From positions 868,001-932,000 of the forward strand of contig NW_027590134.1 in the NCBI RefSeq assembly GCF_964213995.1: a stretch of 64,000 nt of DNA, given 5' to 3'. The notes beneath the pieces were generated by a model, which saw only the letters and a list, made by a program, of their open reading frames with translations, was not told the origin of the DNA and did no database searches. Every line of letters starts with the position of its first letter. Position 1 is the first letter of the stretch. The DNA is from Mustelus asterias. Lineage: Eukaryota. This document shows positions 22,230 to 37,360 of this stretch, piece by piece. A program made the position numbers and the translations under genes.

Positions 22230-24945
22230 CATAAGAACATAAGAATATAAGAAATAGGAGCAGGAGTAGGCCATCTAGCCCCTCGAGCCTGCCCCGCCAT
22301 TCAATAAGATCATGGCTGATCTGACGTGGATCAGTACCACTTACCCGCCTGATCCCCATAACCCTTAATTCCCTTACCGATCAGGAATCCATCCATCCGC
22401 GCTTTAAACATATTCAGCGAGGTAGCCTCCACCACCTCAGTGGGCAGAGAATTCCAGAGATTCACCACCTTCTGGGAGAAGAAGTTCCTCCTCAACTCTG
22501 TCTTAAACCGACCCCCCTTTATTTTGAGGCTGTGTCCTCTAGTTTTATCTTCCTTACTAAGTGGAAAGAATCTCTCCGCCTCCACCCTATCCAGCCCCCG
22601 CATTATCTTATAAGTCTCCATAAGATCCCCCCTCATCCTTCTAAACTCCAACGAGTACAAACCCAATCTCCTCAGCCTCTCCTCATAATCCAAACCCCTC
22701 ATCTCTGGTATCAACCTGGTGAACCTTCTCTGCACTCCCTCCAATGCCAATATATCCTTCCTCATATAAGGGGACCAATACTGCACACAGTATTCCAGCT
22801 GCGGCCTCACCAATGCCCTGTACAGGTGCATCAAGACATCCCTGCTTTTATATTCTATCCCCTTCACAATATAGGCCAACATCCCATTTGCCTTCTTGAT
22901 CACCTGTTGTACCTGCAGACTGGGCTTTTGCGTCTCATGCACAAGGACCCCCAGGTCCCTTTGCACGGTAGCATGTTTTAATTTGTTTCCATTGAGATAA
23001 TAATCCCATTTGTTATTATTTCCTCCAAAGTGTATAACCTCGCATTTCTCAACGTTATACTCCATTTGCCATATCCTCGCCCACTCACTCAGCCTGTCCA
23101 AATCTCTCTGCAGATCTTCTCCGTCCTCCACACGATTCACTTTTCCACTTATCTTTGTGTCGTCTGCAAACTTCGTTACCCTACACTCCGTCCCCTCCTC
23201 CAGATCATCTATATAAATGGTAAACAGTTGCGGCCCGAGTACCGATCCCTGCGGCACGCCACTAGTTACCTTCCTCCAACCGGAAAAACACCCATTTATT
23301 CCGACTCTTTGCTTCCAGTCGGATAGCCAGTCCCCAATCCACTTTAACACACTACCCCCAACTCCGTGTGCCCTAATCTTCTTCAGCAGCCTTTTATGGG
23401 GCACCTTATCAAACGCCTTTTGGAAATCCAAAAACACCGCATCCACCGGTTCTCCTCCATCAACCGCCCTAGTCACATCTTCATAAAAATCCAACATGTT
23501 CGTCAAGCACGACTTTCCCCTCATGAATCCATGCTGCGTCTGATTGATCGAGCCATTTCTATCCAGATGCCCTGCTATCTCCTCTTTAATAATGGATTCC
23601 AGCATTTTCCCTACTACAGATGTTAAGCTGACCGGCCTATAGTTACCCGCCTTTTGTCTCCTTCCTTTTTTAAACAGCGGCATAACATTAGCCGTTTTCC
23701 AATCAACCGGCACTACCCCAGAATGCAACGAGTTTTGATAAATAATCACTAACGCATCCACTATTACCTCTGACATTTCTTTCAATACCCTGGGATGCAT
23801 TCCATCCGGACCCGGGGACTTGTCCACCTTCAGTCCCATTAGTCTACCCAGCACTGCCTCTCTGGTAACATTAATTGTATTAAGTATTTCTCCTGCTGCC
23901 AACCCTCTATCGTTAATATTTGGCAAACTATTTGTGTCCTCCACCGTGAAGACCGACACAAAAAACTTATTTAAAGACTCAGCCATATCCTCATTTCCCA
24001 CTATTAACTCCCCCCTCTCGTCCTCCAAGGGTCCAACATTCACTCTAGCCACTCTATTCCTTTTTACATATTTATAAAAACTTTTACTATCATTTTTTAT
24101 ATTAATTGCTAGCCTAGCTTAATAGTCTATCCTTCCTTTCTTTATCGCTTTCTTAGTCTCTCTTTGTTGTTTCTTAAATTTTTCCCAATCACTTGTTTCT
24201 CCACTTTTTTTGGCCACTCTGTACGCAGCTGTTTTTATTTTAATACTCTCCTTTATTTCCTTCGTTATCCACGGCTGGTTCTCCCTTTTCTTACAATCCT
24301 TGTTTTTTGCTGGAATATATTTTTGCTGAGAACTGAAAAAGATCTCCTTAAAAATCCTCCACTGTTCCTCAGCTATCCTACCTGCCAGCCTGCTCTCCCA
24401 GTCTACCTTAGCCAATTCATCCCTCATCCTATCATATTTCCCTCTGTTCAAACAGAGGACACTGGTTTGGGACCAAACTTTCTCCTCTTCCATCTGAATC
24501 AGAAATTCGACCATATTGTGGTCACTAGACCCAAGAGGGTCCTTCACAATAATATCCGTAATTCTACCTACCTCGTTACACAATACCAGATCCAAAATAG
24601 CTCGTTCCCTCGTCGGTTCCGTAACATGCTGTTCAAGGAAACTATCCCGACAGCATTCTAAGAACTCTTCCTCCATTCCACCCTTACCAACTTGAGTCTG
24701 CCAGTCAATGTGCATGTTGAAGTCCCCCATGATTATTGCCGTTCCGTTTTTACACGCATCCCTTATCTGCTTGTTTATAGCCCTCCCTACCTCAACATTA
24801 TTATTTGGGGGCCTATATACCACACCTACTAGTGTCTTTCTCCCTCTACTATTCCTCATCTCTACCCATAATGATTCCACGTTTTGTTCCTCAGAGCCTA
24901 TGTCATCCCTCAGTACTACCCTGATATTATCTCTTATTAATAGTG
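22230..24945 (-). mobile_element. Young 5'-truncated CR1 with ORF2 (EN part plus RT) broken by one stop
   Basis: ORFs 24119-24880 and 22331-24052 are in the same frame; (ataagaac)n tail at about 22230-22255. Confidence 0.93.
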
Positions 24946-24999
24946 TGAGACAGTAACACTGGTGGCTAAATACCGCATTGCAGCCTAATTTTTAATCGA

Positions 25000-25260
25000 A
25001 TCCCTGCAGTGCAGAAGGAGGCCAATCGTCCCATCGAGTCTGAACCGACCTCAATCCCACCCAGTCCGGATCCCCATTACCCTATTTATTGACCGGACAC
25101 TCCGGTGCAATTTAGCATGGCCAATCAACCTGACAGGCACTTTGGTGTGCGGGAGGAAACCGGAGCACCCGGAGGAAGCCCGGGGAGAATGTGCAAACTC
25201 CACACAGACAGAGACCTCAGCCGGGAATCGAACCCAGGTGCCTGGCGCTCTGAGACGGCA
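25000..25260 (-). mobile_element. tRNA-derived SINE
   Basis: GGTTCGATTCCC B-box and SINE core on the minus strand. Confidence 0.7.
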
Positions 25261-25279
25261 ATTCTTAGCCAAAAATCAA

Positions 25280-25362
25280 TGTCAGGAGTGGGATTTGAAC
25301 CCACGCCTCCAGAGGAGACTGCGACCTGAACGCAGCGCCTTAGACCGCTCGGCCATCCTGAC
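25280..25362 (-). tRNA. tRNA-Leu(CAG)
   Basis: 83 nt: GTCAGGATGGCCGAGCGGTCTAAGGCGCTGCGTTCAGGTCGCAGTCTCCTCTGGAGGCGTGGGTTCAAATCCCACTCCTGACA, followed by a T5 terminator. Confidence 0.93.
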
Positions 25363-25893
25363 TCCCTTAATTTTAACACAGGAAATTGCCCCAAACAGCT
25401 TCAATAAAGTGTTTGCAAACAGCGAGAAGCAGATGTGTGTGAGGATGTTCCGGAGGAAGATTCTTGCTATAGAATCGACTGTGTTTAGGTCGGAATATTA
25501 CTGACTGGGAATTATTACGGGACCAGGTTTAAAAACACAAAAGAACAAAGTCACGATCCGAAACGTTAACTCTGTCTCTCTCTTCACAAAAGCTGCCGGA
25601 GCTGCTAATTAGTTGCAGCATTTTCTGTTTTGATTCCATATTTCAAAGCTCCGGGTTTGTAGAAACTCTTGTGTGTGAAGGGCGGCTCTGGAAGGGTTTG
25701 TGTGGGGAGCTGTGTTTCGCTTCCATTGTTAATAAACGGGTTGAAATTGGCGGTTGCAGAAACTGGAGGTGGAGCTGAAAGATCACGGGCCGTTCTGTGT
25801 GTGTGTGTCAGTCCGGCTCTCTCCTCCCTCCCGCTCTGTGTTTGATCTTCACTCTGTCTCCTCCCCTCTCTGCTCTCACTCCGCCTTTCTCAG

Positions 25894-25918
25894 TCAGGTC
25901 GGGGCGGGCTGTATAAAA
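25894..25918 (+). promoter_or_regulatory. H4 promoter
   Basis: TCAGGTC (H4 site II-like), GC box GGGGCGGG and TATAAAA at 25912-25918. Confidence 0.7.
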
Positions 25919-25965
25919 GGAGCCTGAAAGAGTTCCTCTCCCATATTGTGCAGTGATCTGAGTGA

Positions 25966-26286
<321 letters not shown>

Positions 26287-26320
26287 ACAACTGGAACCTT
26301 CCTACCGAACACACAACAAA

Positions 26321-26360
26321 GGCTCTTTTCAGAGCCACTCACCGCCTCACAGAGAGAGCA
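26321..26360 (+). terminator. Histone 3' stem-loop and HDE (H4)
   Basis: GGCTCTTTTCAGAGCC at 26321-26336; purine-rich AGAGAGAGC downstream. Confidence 0.92.
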
Positions 26361-27514
26361 TTGACCTGGGGACGGGGGCTGGGATAGGCTGTTCAGTACT
26401 TGAGATGCATGTTTGTTTTGTTTAGGTTACAGTGCGGGAATCACCGAATTTAACATTTCATTTGGAGCAGCGATGCGGATTGTTTTTGAAATTTTTAAGT
26501 GGATTGTCTGAGCAGCCCCCAGTTGACATGTGCCCTCAGTGAAACGCCGCATCACTCCTGTTTAATCACCCAGTGTTTGGATAGAGTTTATCAAAGCTTT
26601 CTCTGGAATAGCGGAGTTTAGTAGCAGCAGCCGGTGAATCGTTCACTGGAATCAGTCCCAGTTGTGATGCTATTTGCCCCAGACGGTTGTTTCCTGCACT
26701 GAAACTGACGCTTTGTGAAACTGATCAGTTTCCGCTCAGTCATTCACAAACCCGCAATTCCCGCAGTTTGAGCCGCTCCAACCCCAGCCTGCTTCTGATT
26801 GGCCATCCTCTCCGCATTCGCAGCTCTGAACCAATCGCAGAGCATCGAATGTGAACATTGAGCCAATCATTGGCTTCAACTGTCAACCAGCAGAAATTTT
26901 GAATTGGGGAAATGCCGCCAATTTCAGCGCGGGAAAGGGAATTGAGACAAATTCTTAACTTATTAAAAATAGATTCTCAATTAATATTCTGCTGTAAGAT
27001 TATTTTACAAAGAGGTTTCATTTGTGAACATTTGTCCGCCACGGGCAGCAAACGGCTCTATTCAGTAATGTCAAACGGGACAAATATGAAGTCACTCTCT
27101 GTAACAAACAACAGACTCAACCCCTTTCACACCGGCTTCAGGGAGACAGAGAAGCGACTGATTTCTGATCCTTTCCCCCGAAAACGGCGGCGAATGTTAC
27201 AAGCGACAGGAGAGGGGAAATCTGAATGGGCTGGAGAGGAAAGGGACAGGGATCGAGTGGAACAGCGTGAGATTCTGGGAATGAACAGCTCAGAGAGCGG
27301 GAAAAGGGTCTAAAGCACTAAGTGGGGGGAGATAGACTTCAAATCTTCAATGTTTCTGGGAATTATCTTATTAAGGACGGAATGAAGACTTATTTTATAC
27401 AAACGGTTATTTCCTGCACAGAAAACGGCGGAATTTCTGAAAGGGGCGGTTAAGAAAACAACTGAACCAATCAGAACCTGAGGTACAGACATTAATTCGC
27501 TGGTCAGAGTTTGA

Positions 27515-28048
<534 letters not shown>

Positions 28049-28077
28049 ACCCCGACCTCAGCACCAAGAACAACAAC

Positions 28078-28118
28078 GGCTCTTTTAAGAGCCACCAAAT
28101 CGGCAAATGAAAGAGCTG
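28078..28118 (+). terminator. Histone 3' stem-loop and HDE (H3)
   Basis: GGCTCTTTTAAGAGCC at 28078-28093; AAAGAGCTG at 28110-28118. Confidence 0.92.
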
Positions 28119-28760
28119 CGATCTCCTGTTAACGATTCTAGTGTTTGAATTCCCAGGACAGAATATTCCCAGGACTCTAGTACTGACACCTCTCAATGTT
28201 ACAATTAACCCTCCGTTGCATTGGGGTCACTCATATCTCCAATCCTTTGATGGTTCGAGTAAAAACGATGCCGTTAACAATTCTACCACAATTTAATTTT
28301 AAAAGTAGTTTTATTAAACCTGCGATCATTTCAGTTTCCGAGCCATTATTCCGCAAATCCACTTTCTCCGCACGTGTTTCGAGTCGCAGCGAGAGTGTTG
28401 AAAATTGTGTCAATGACGTTCAGAATATGAAGCATGTCTCCAACAGTAACCCACTCACACAGATATAGCCATTGCAGGAACGCTTGCACATTCACATAGA
28501 CAATAATTAACACTTTTCCAGATCCAGTGACTGACTTTGAAAACCGATGGGCTGCAGATGAATATCCTCGCAGATGATCACATTTTAAAGCAATTATATT
28601 TGAAATAGGATCAATTCACTTCACTGGGATGGTTTCCCCGATAAACAACAGCAACCTGCATTAAAATACTGTATGTGTCAATAGTACGGATTGATAGAAC
28701 AAAGCGGGAAACAGCTGTGCTGTGAATAGCAGTGCAGAAACTGACCGATAGACACCAGGT

Positions 28761-28800
28761 CGCCCTTTTTCAGATAAAGTGAGTGGCTCTGAAAAGAGCC
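28761..28800 (-). terminator. Histone 3' stem-loop and HDE (H2A)
   Basis: Minus-strand GGCTCTTTTCAGAGCC at 28785-28800, followed by GAAAAAGGGCG. Confidence 0.9.
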
Positions 28801-28830
28801 TTTGGGTTATCAGATTAAAGAATGGGCGCT

Positions 28831-29537
<707 letters not shown>

Positions 29538-29659
29538 TGAAAAGATGTGCGGGTTAGGTGGATTGGCCGTGCTCAATTGCCCCTTAGTGTCCCGGGATGC
29601 ATAGTTTAGATGGATTTGCGGGATAACTATGTGGGGTTACGGGGATAGTTACGGGGTTA

Positions 29660-31140
29660 CGGTGGATAGTCAGAGATTCTGTAGATAGTTGAACAAGAAA
29701 AGAGTTAGCAGAGTGAGCATTGGTTCTATAGAAAGTGCAACTGGGGGATTGATAATGGAAAACAGGGTATTGGCAAATGTATTTTTCATTGGTGTTCACT
29801 ATAGAGGATACAAGTAACATCCCAGAAATAGCTGTAAACCAGCAAATGGAAGGGAGGAGCACAGGAAAATTCCAATCAACAGGGAAAGTGGTATTGAGCA
29901 AATTGTTGGGTCGACAGGCTGACAAATTCCTGGGTCCGGATGGACTTCTCGTGAAGGACATGAAAGAAGTGGCGAATGAGACAGTTGATGCATTTGTTTT
30001 AATTTTGCAAAATTCCCTGGCTTTGGAGAATGTTCCATCAGGTTGAAATATGACAAATGTAATACCTTGATTCAAAAAGGGATGGAGACAGAAAGCAGGA
30101 AACTACAGGCTGTTAGCCTAACAGCTGTCATCGGGAAAATGTTAGAAGCCATTCTGAAAGATATTACAACTTGGAAAAAATACAAGGCAATCAGGCAGAG
30201 TCAATATGGTTTTCTGAAAAGGAAATCATGTTTAACTAAATTATTGGAGTTTTTTGAAAGAGGCCCATGTGCTGTGAATGGGGAACCGGTGGATGTCCTG
30301 TACTTACATTTCCAGAAGACATTTGCCAAAGTGCCAGATTAAAGGTTATTGTGTAAAATAAACATTCATGGTTTTGGGCGTATCATTTTGGCATGGATTG
30401 ATGGTTGGCTCGCTAACAGGTCAAAAAGAGTTCGCACACATGGTTATTTTTCTGGGTGGCAGGATCTGATGAGTGGTGTATTCATGCTGGGGCTACAAAT
30501 TGTTACAATTTATAAAAATTGCTTGGATGAAGGGACTGAAGGTACCGTTGCTAAATTTGCTGACAGCATAAAGATAGATAAGAAATTAATTGTGAAGTAT
30601 ACGTGAGGAGGCTTCAAAAGGAAACAGATAGATTAAGTGAGGGCAAAATGTGGCAAATGAGGCAAATTGCGAGGATAAAACAGTGGTTGACAAATGGGAG
30701 ACTTTCAAAGTTGAGTTGAATGGGATGCCAGCCAGGTACATAGCCACCAGACACACATATGCAGTGTCCAAAGCTAGGGTATCCTGGATGTCTAAGGTTA
30801 TTGACGAGAAAATAAGGAAGAAAAAAGAGGCATATGATGCATGCTGGAATAATAATAGCAATAGAAACCAGGAAAAACAGCTCAAAATGCAGGAGAGGGG
30901 CTAAGGCTGGAATAATGAAGAGGAAGCATGAGGAAATGTTAGCAGGCTGCGCTAATACAAATCATAACATGTTCTTCAAACATATTAATTGTAAAGGATT
31001 AGTGAAGGATAGAGTGGGGTTCATAAGGGCCAAGCAGGGTAAACTGCTCACTGCAGCAGAGGGTATGGCAGAGATAGTAAATAAGTACTGTACTTCTGGC
31101 TTTACCAAATTAGACAATGTGACAATGGCCCAGTTGAAAA
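29660..31140 (+). mobile_element. Decayed CR1 fragments, preceded by a SINE remnant at about 29540-29650
   Basis: FLGPDGL, VSLTAVIGKMLE and AKFAD motifs with frameshifts. Confidence 0.75.
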
Positions 31141-32605
31141 TGTATGTGTTGATTAACTGAGCTTCATAGTGAGAGTGTGGAATTAACTCTCTCTCAATCG
31201 ATCATTGTGTGTGGGTGCGGAATTAACCCTGTCTCAATCTATTCGTGTGTGTCAGTGTTGAATGAACTCTCTCTCAATCTATTACTGTGAGAGTGTGTGG
31301 AATTAATTCTCAATTGATCATTGTGTGAGAGTGTGGAAGTAACTCTCAATCTTTTATTGTGTGAGAGTGTGGAATTAACGGTCCCTCAATCTATTACTTG
31401 TATGAATGTGGAATTAACTCTCTCTCAATCTATTACTATGTATCGGAGTGGAATTCACTCCCTCTCAATTATTTATGTGTGTGACTGTGGGATTAACGGT
31501 CCCTCAATCTATTACCTGTATGAGTGTGGAATTAACTCTCTCTCAATCTATTACTGTATGTGAGTGTCGAATTATCTCTCTCTCAATCTATTACTGTATG
31601 TGAGTGTGGAATTAACTCGCTCTCAATCTATTACTGTGTCAGTTTGGAATGAACTCTCTCAATCTATTACTGTGTGAGAGTACGGAATTATCTCTCTCTC
31701 AATCTATTACTGTCTGTCAATGTGGATTTACCTCTGTCTCAACATATTACTGCATGTCAGTGTGGAATTAACTCTCAATCTATTACTGTGTGTGTGGAAT
31801 TATCTCTCTCCCAATCTATTACTGTGTGTCAGTGTGGAATTATATCTCTCTCAATCTATTACAGTATGTGAGTGTGGAATTAACTCGGCTCTCAATCTAT
31901 TAATGTGTCAGTTTGGAATTAACTCTCTCTCAATCTATTACTGTGTGTCTGTGTGGATTCAATCTCTCTCAATCTTTTCTTGTGTGAGAGTGTCAATTTA
32001 TCTCTCTCTCTCTATTACTGTATGTCAGTGTGGAATTAACTCCCTCTCAATCTATGACTGTGTGAGAGTGTGGAATTAAGTTGCTCACAATCTATTACTG
32101 TGAGAGAGTTTGGAACTAACTCTCTCTCAATCTATTACTGTGTGTGAGTGTGAAATTAACTCTCTCAATCTATTACTGTGTGTCTGTGGAATTCACTCTC
32201 TCTCAATCTGTTATTGTGTGCGAGTGTGGAATTAAAAGTCTCTCAATCTATTACTTGTATGAATGTGAAATTAACTGTCAATCTATTAGTGTGTGTGAAT
32301 GTGGAATTAACTCTCTCAATCTATTACCGTGTCTCAGTGTGGAATTATCTCTCTCGCAATCCAAAACAGAGAGTGTGTGGAATTATCTCCCTCTTAATCT
32401 ATGACTGTATGTCAGTGTGGAATTAGCTCCCTGTCTCAATCTATTACAGTGTGTGTGTGTTGAATTAACTCTCTCAATCTATTAGTTTGTGAGAGTGTGG
32501 AATTAATTCCCTCTCAATCTATTACTGTGTGTCGGTGTGGAATTCACTCTCTCTCAATCATTCATTGTGTGTGACTGTGGGATTAACAGTCTCTCAATCT
32601 ATTGC

Positions 32606-33615
32606 TTGGGGTGGTGATGTTCCTCAGGGATCAGTGCTGGGACCTTTGCTGTTTGTAATATATAGAAATGATTTGGAGTAAAATGCAACAGGATTGATTT
32701 GTAAGTTTGCGGACGACACAAAAGTTGGTGGATTTGCGGATAGCGATGAGGACCATCAGAGCATACAGCAGAATATTGATCAGTTGGAGATTTGGGCAGA
32801 GAGATGACAGATGGAGTTCAATCCGGACAAATGTGAGGCAATGCATTTTGGAAGGTCTAATACACCTAGGAAATATACAGTAAATGGCAGAACCCTTAAG
32901 AGTATTGATAGGCAAAGGGACCTGGGTGTACAGGTACACGGGTCACTGAAAGTGGCAATGCAGGTGGAGAAGGTAGTCAAGAAGGCATACGACATGCTTA
33001 CCTTCATCAGCCGGGGTATTGAGTTTAAAAATTGGCAAGTCATGTTGGCGCTTTATAGAACCTGACTGAGGCTGCACTTGGAATATAGTGTTCAATTCTG
33101 GTCGCCACACTACCAGAAGGATGTGGAGGCTTTGGAGAGGGTACAGAAAAGATTTACCAGGATGTTGCCTGGTATGGAGGGCATTAGCTATGAGGAGAGG
33201 TTGGAGAAACTTGGTTTGTTCTCACTGGAGTGGCGGAGGTTGAGGGGAGACCTGATAGAAGTCTACAAGATTATGAGAGGCATGGACAGAGTGGATAGTC
33301 AGAAGCTTTTTCCCAGGGTGGAAGAGTCAATTAATAGGGGGCATAGGTTTAAGGTGCGACGGGCAAGTTTTAAAAGAGATGTACGAGGCAGATTTTTTAC
33401 ACAGAGAGTGGTGGGTGCCTGGAACTCGTTGCCGGGGGAAGTAGTGGAAGCGGATACGGTAGTGATTTTTAAGGTGCGTCTTGACAAGTACATGAATGAG
33501 ATGGGAATAGAGGGATATGGTCCCCGGAAGCGTAGGGGGCTTTAGTTGAGTCAGACAGCATGGTCGGTGCAGGCTTGGAGGGCCGAAGGGCCTGTTCCTG
33601 TGCTGTAATTTTCTT
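32606..33615 (+). mobile_element. CR1 3' fragment inserted in satellite A
   Basis: RT C-terminal ORFs 32811-33065 and 33078-33545. Confidence 0.88.
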
Positions 33616-33987
33616 TGTATGAGTGTGGAATTAACTCTCTCGCAATCTATTACTGTGTGAGAGTGTGGCATTATCTCTCTCTCAATCTAATACTGTATGT
33701 CAGTATGAATTTACCCCTCTGTCTCAACACATTACTGTGCGTCAGTGTGGAATTAACTCCCTCTCAATCTATTACTGTGTGTTGGTGCGGAATTAACACT
33801 CTCTCAAACTTTACTGTGTGTGTGTATGGAATTAACACTCTCAAACTATTACTGTGTGTGTGTATGGAATTAACACTCTCTCAAACTATTACTGTGTGTG
33901 TATGGAATTAATTCTCTCTCAATCTATTACTGTGTGTGTGTGTGAAATTTACTCTCTCACAATCATTTATTGTGTATGAGTGTGGGA

Positions 33988-35825
33988 TGAAGAACATAAG
34001 AACTAGGAGTAGGAATAGGCCATCTGGCCCCTCGAGGCTGCTCCGCCAGTCAATAAGATCATGGCTGATCTTTTTGTGGACTCAGCTTCACTTACCTGCC
34101 CATTCACCATAACCCTTAATTCCTTTACTGTTCAAAAATTTATCTATCCTTGCCTTAAAAACATTCAATGAGGTAGCCTCAACTGCTTCACTGGGCAGGG
34201 AATTCCACAGATTCACAACCCTTTGTGTGAAGAAGTTCCTCCTCACCTCAGTCCTAAATCTGCTTCCCCCTTATTTTGAGGCTATGCCCCCTAGTTCTAG
34301 TTTCACCCACCAGTGGAAACAACTTACCTGCTTCTATCTTGTCTATTCCCTTCATAATCTTATATGTTTCTATAAGATCTCCCCTCATTCTTCTGAATTC
34401 CAATGAGTATAGCCCCAGTCTACTCAGTCTCTCCTCATAAGCCAACCCTCTCAACTCTGGAATCAACCTATTGAATTTTCTCTGCACCCCCTCCAGTGCC
34501 AGTATATCCTTTCTCAAGTAAGGAGACCAAAACTGTACACAGTACTCCAGGTGTGGCCTCACCAGCACCTTATACAGCTGCAACATAACCTCGCTGTTTT
34601 TGAACTCCATCCCTCTCGCAATGAAGGACAAAATTCCATTTGCCTTCTTAATTAACTGCTGCACCTGCAAACCAACTCCTTGAGATTCCTGCACAAGGAC
34701 ACCCAGGTCCCTCTGCACAGCAGCATGTTGCAATTTTTAATCATTTAAATAATAGTCAATTTTGCTGTTATTCCTACCAAAATGGATGACCTCACATTTA
34801 CCAACATTGTACTCCATCTGCCAGACCCCCGCCCACTCACTTAGATTATCTATATCCCTTTGCAGACTTTCAGCGTCCTCTGCACACTTTGCTCTTCCAC
34901 CCATCTGAGTGTCATCTGCAAATTCTGACACACTACACTTGGTCCCCAACTCCAAATCATCTATGTAATTCGTAAACAATTGCGGTCCCTACATTGATCC
35001 CTGAGGCACACAACTAGTCAATGATCGCCAATCAGAAAAATACCCACTTACCCCCACTCTTTGCTTTCTGTTAGTTAACCAGTCCTCTATCCATGCTAAT
35101 ACATTACCCATAACACTGTGCAACTTTATCTGATGTAGCAGTCTTTGGTGTGGCTCCTTGTCAAATGCCTTCTGGAAATCCACATACACCACATCTACAG
35201 GTTCCCCATTGTCCACTGCACATGTAATGTTCTCAAAGAATTCCAAAAATTAGTCAAACATGACCTGTCCCTTATGAACCCATGCTGCGTCTTACCAATG
35301 GGACAATTAATATCCAGATGTCTCGCTATTTCTTCCTTGATGATAGATTTAAGCATTTTCCCTACTACAGAAGTTAAGCTAACCAGCCTATAGTTACCTG
35401 CCTTTTGTCTACCTCCTTTTTTAAACAGTGGCGTCACATTTGCTGTTTTCCAATCCGCAAGAACCACCCCAGAGTCCAGCGAATTTTGATAAATTACCAC
35501 TAGTGCATTTGCTATTCCTCCCGCCATCTCTTTTAGTACCCTGGGATGCATTCCATCAGGACCAGGAGACTTGCCTACATTTAGCCCCCAAAACTTGCCC
35601 AATACTACCTCTTTCGTGATAATGATAGTTTCTAGGTTCTCACCTGCCATAGCCTTCCTGTCATTAATTTTTGGCATGTTATTTGTGTCTTCCACTGTGA
35701 AGACCGACACAAAATACCTGTTGAATGCCTCAGCCATTTTCTCATTTCCAGTTATTACATCCCCCTTCTCATCCTCTAAAGAACCAATGTTTACTATTGC
35801 CACTCTTTTTCATTTTATATATTAT
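33988..35825 (-). mobile_element. CR1 fragment inserted in satellite A
   Basis: RT ORFs between 34254 and 35803; aagaacat-type tail. Confidence 0.88.
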
Positions 35826-37360
35826 AACGGATTAACGGTCTCTCACTCTATTACTGTGTGCCAGTGTGGAATTAAGTCTCTCTCAATCTATTAGTGTGTC
35901 AGTGCAAAATTAATTCCCTCTCCATCTATTACTGTGTGTCAGTGTGCAATTAACTATCTCTCAATTACTGTGTGTGAATATGGAATTAACTCTCTCTCAA
36001 TCTATTACAGTGTGAGACTGTGGAATTAACGCTCTCTCAATCTATTGCTGTGCGAGTGTGTGGAATTAACACACTCTCAATCTATTACAGTGTGTCTTTG
36101 TAGACTTAACTCTCTCTCAATCTATTACTGTATGACAGCCTGGAATTAACTCTCTCTCAATCTATTGCTGTGTGTCAGTGTCCAATTAACTGTCTCAATC
36201 TATCACAGTGTGACAGTGCAATGGAATTAACTCCATCTCAATCTATTACTGTGTGGGAATGTGGAATTATCTCTCTCTCAATCTATTACTGTGTGTCAGT
36301 GTGGAATTAACTCTCAATGTATTGCTGTGTATCAGTGTGGAATGAACCCTCTCTCAATCTATTACTGTGTGTCCGTGTCCAATTAACTGTCTCAATCTAT
36401 TATGGTGTGACAGTGCAAGGAACTCTCTCTCAATCCATTAATGTGTGTTAGTGAGGAATTAACTCTCTCAATCCATTAGTGAGTGTCAGTGTGTAATTAA
36501 AACTCTCTCAATCAATTACTGTGTGTGTGAGCGTGGAATTAACTCTCAATCTATTCCTGTGTGTGGATGTGGAATTGACTCTCTCGCAATATATTACAGT
36601 GTGAGTGTGTGGAATTATCTCTCTCAATCTATTACTGTGTGGGAATGTGCAATTATCTCTCTCTCAATCTATGTGTGTGTCTCCATGTGGAATTAACTCT
36701 CTCTCAATCTATTACTGTGTGTGTGTGGAATTAACTCTCTCTCAATCTATTGCTGTGTGCCAGTGTGGAATTAACTCTCTCTCAATCTATTACTGTATGT
36801 GAGTATGGAATTAATGCACTCTCAACCTATTAATCTGTGTGTGTGTGTGTGGAATTAACTCTCAATCTGTTACAGTGTGAGAGTGTGGAAATAACTCTCT
36901 CTCTGATCTATTTCTATGCATGAATGTGGAATTAACTCTCCCTCGATCTATTACTGTGTGTCAGTGTGGAATTAACTCTGTCTCAATCTATTATTGTGTG
37001 TCAGTGTGGAATTAACTCTGCATCTATTCCTGTGTGTGAATGTGGAATGAACTCTCTCCCAATCTATTACAGTGTGAGAGTGTTGAATTAACTCTCTCTC
37101 AATCTATTACTGTGTGTGAGCGTGGAATTAACTCGCAATCTATTGCTGTGTGTCAGTGTGGAATTAATTCTCTCTCAATCTATTACTGAGAGAGAGCTTG
37201 GAATTAACTCACAATCTATTACTGTGCATGAATGTGGAATTAACTCTCTCTCAATCTATTACTGTGCATGAATGTGGAATTAACTCTCTCTCAATCTATT
37301 GCTGTGTGTCAGTGTGGAATTAACTCTCTCAATCTATTGCTGTGTGTCAGTGTGGAATTA

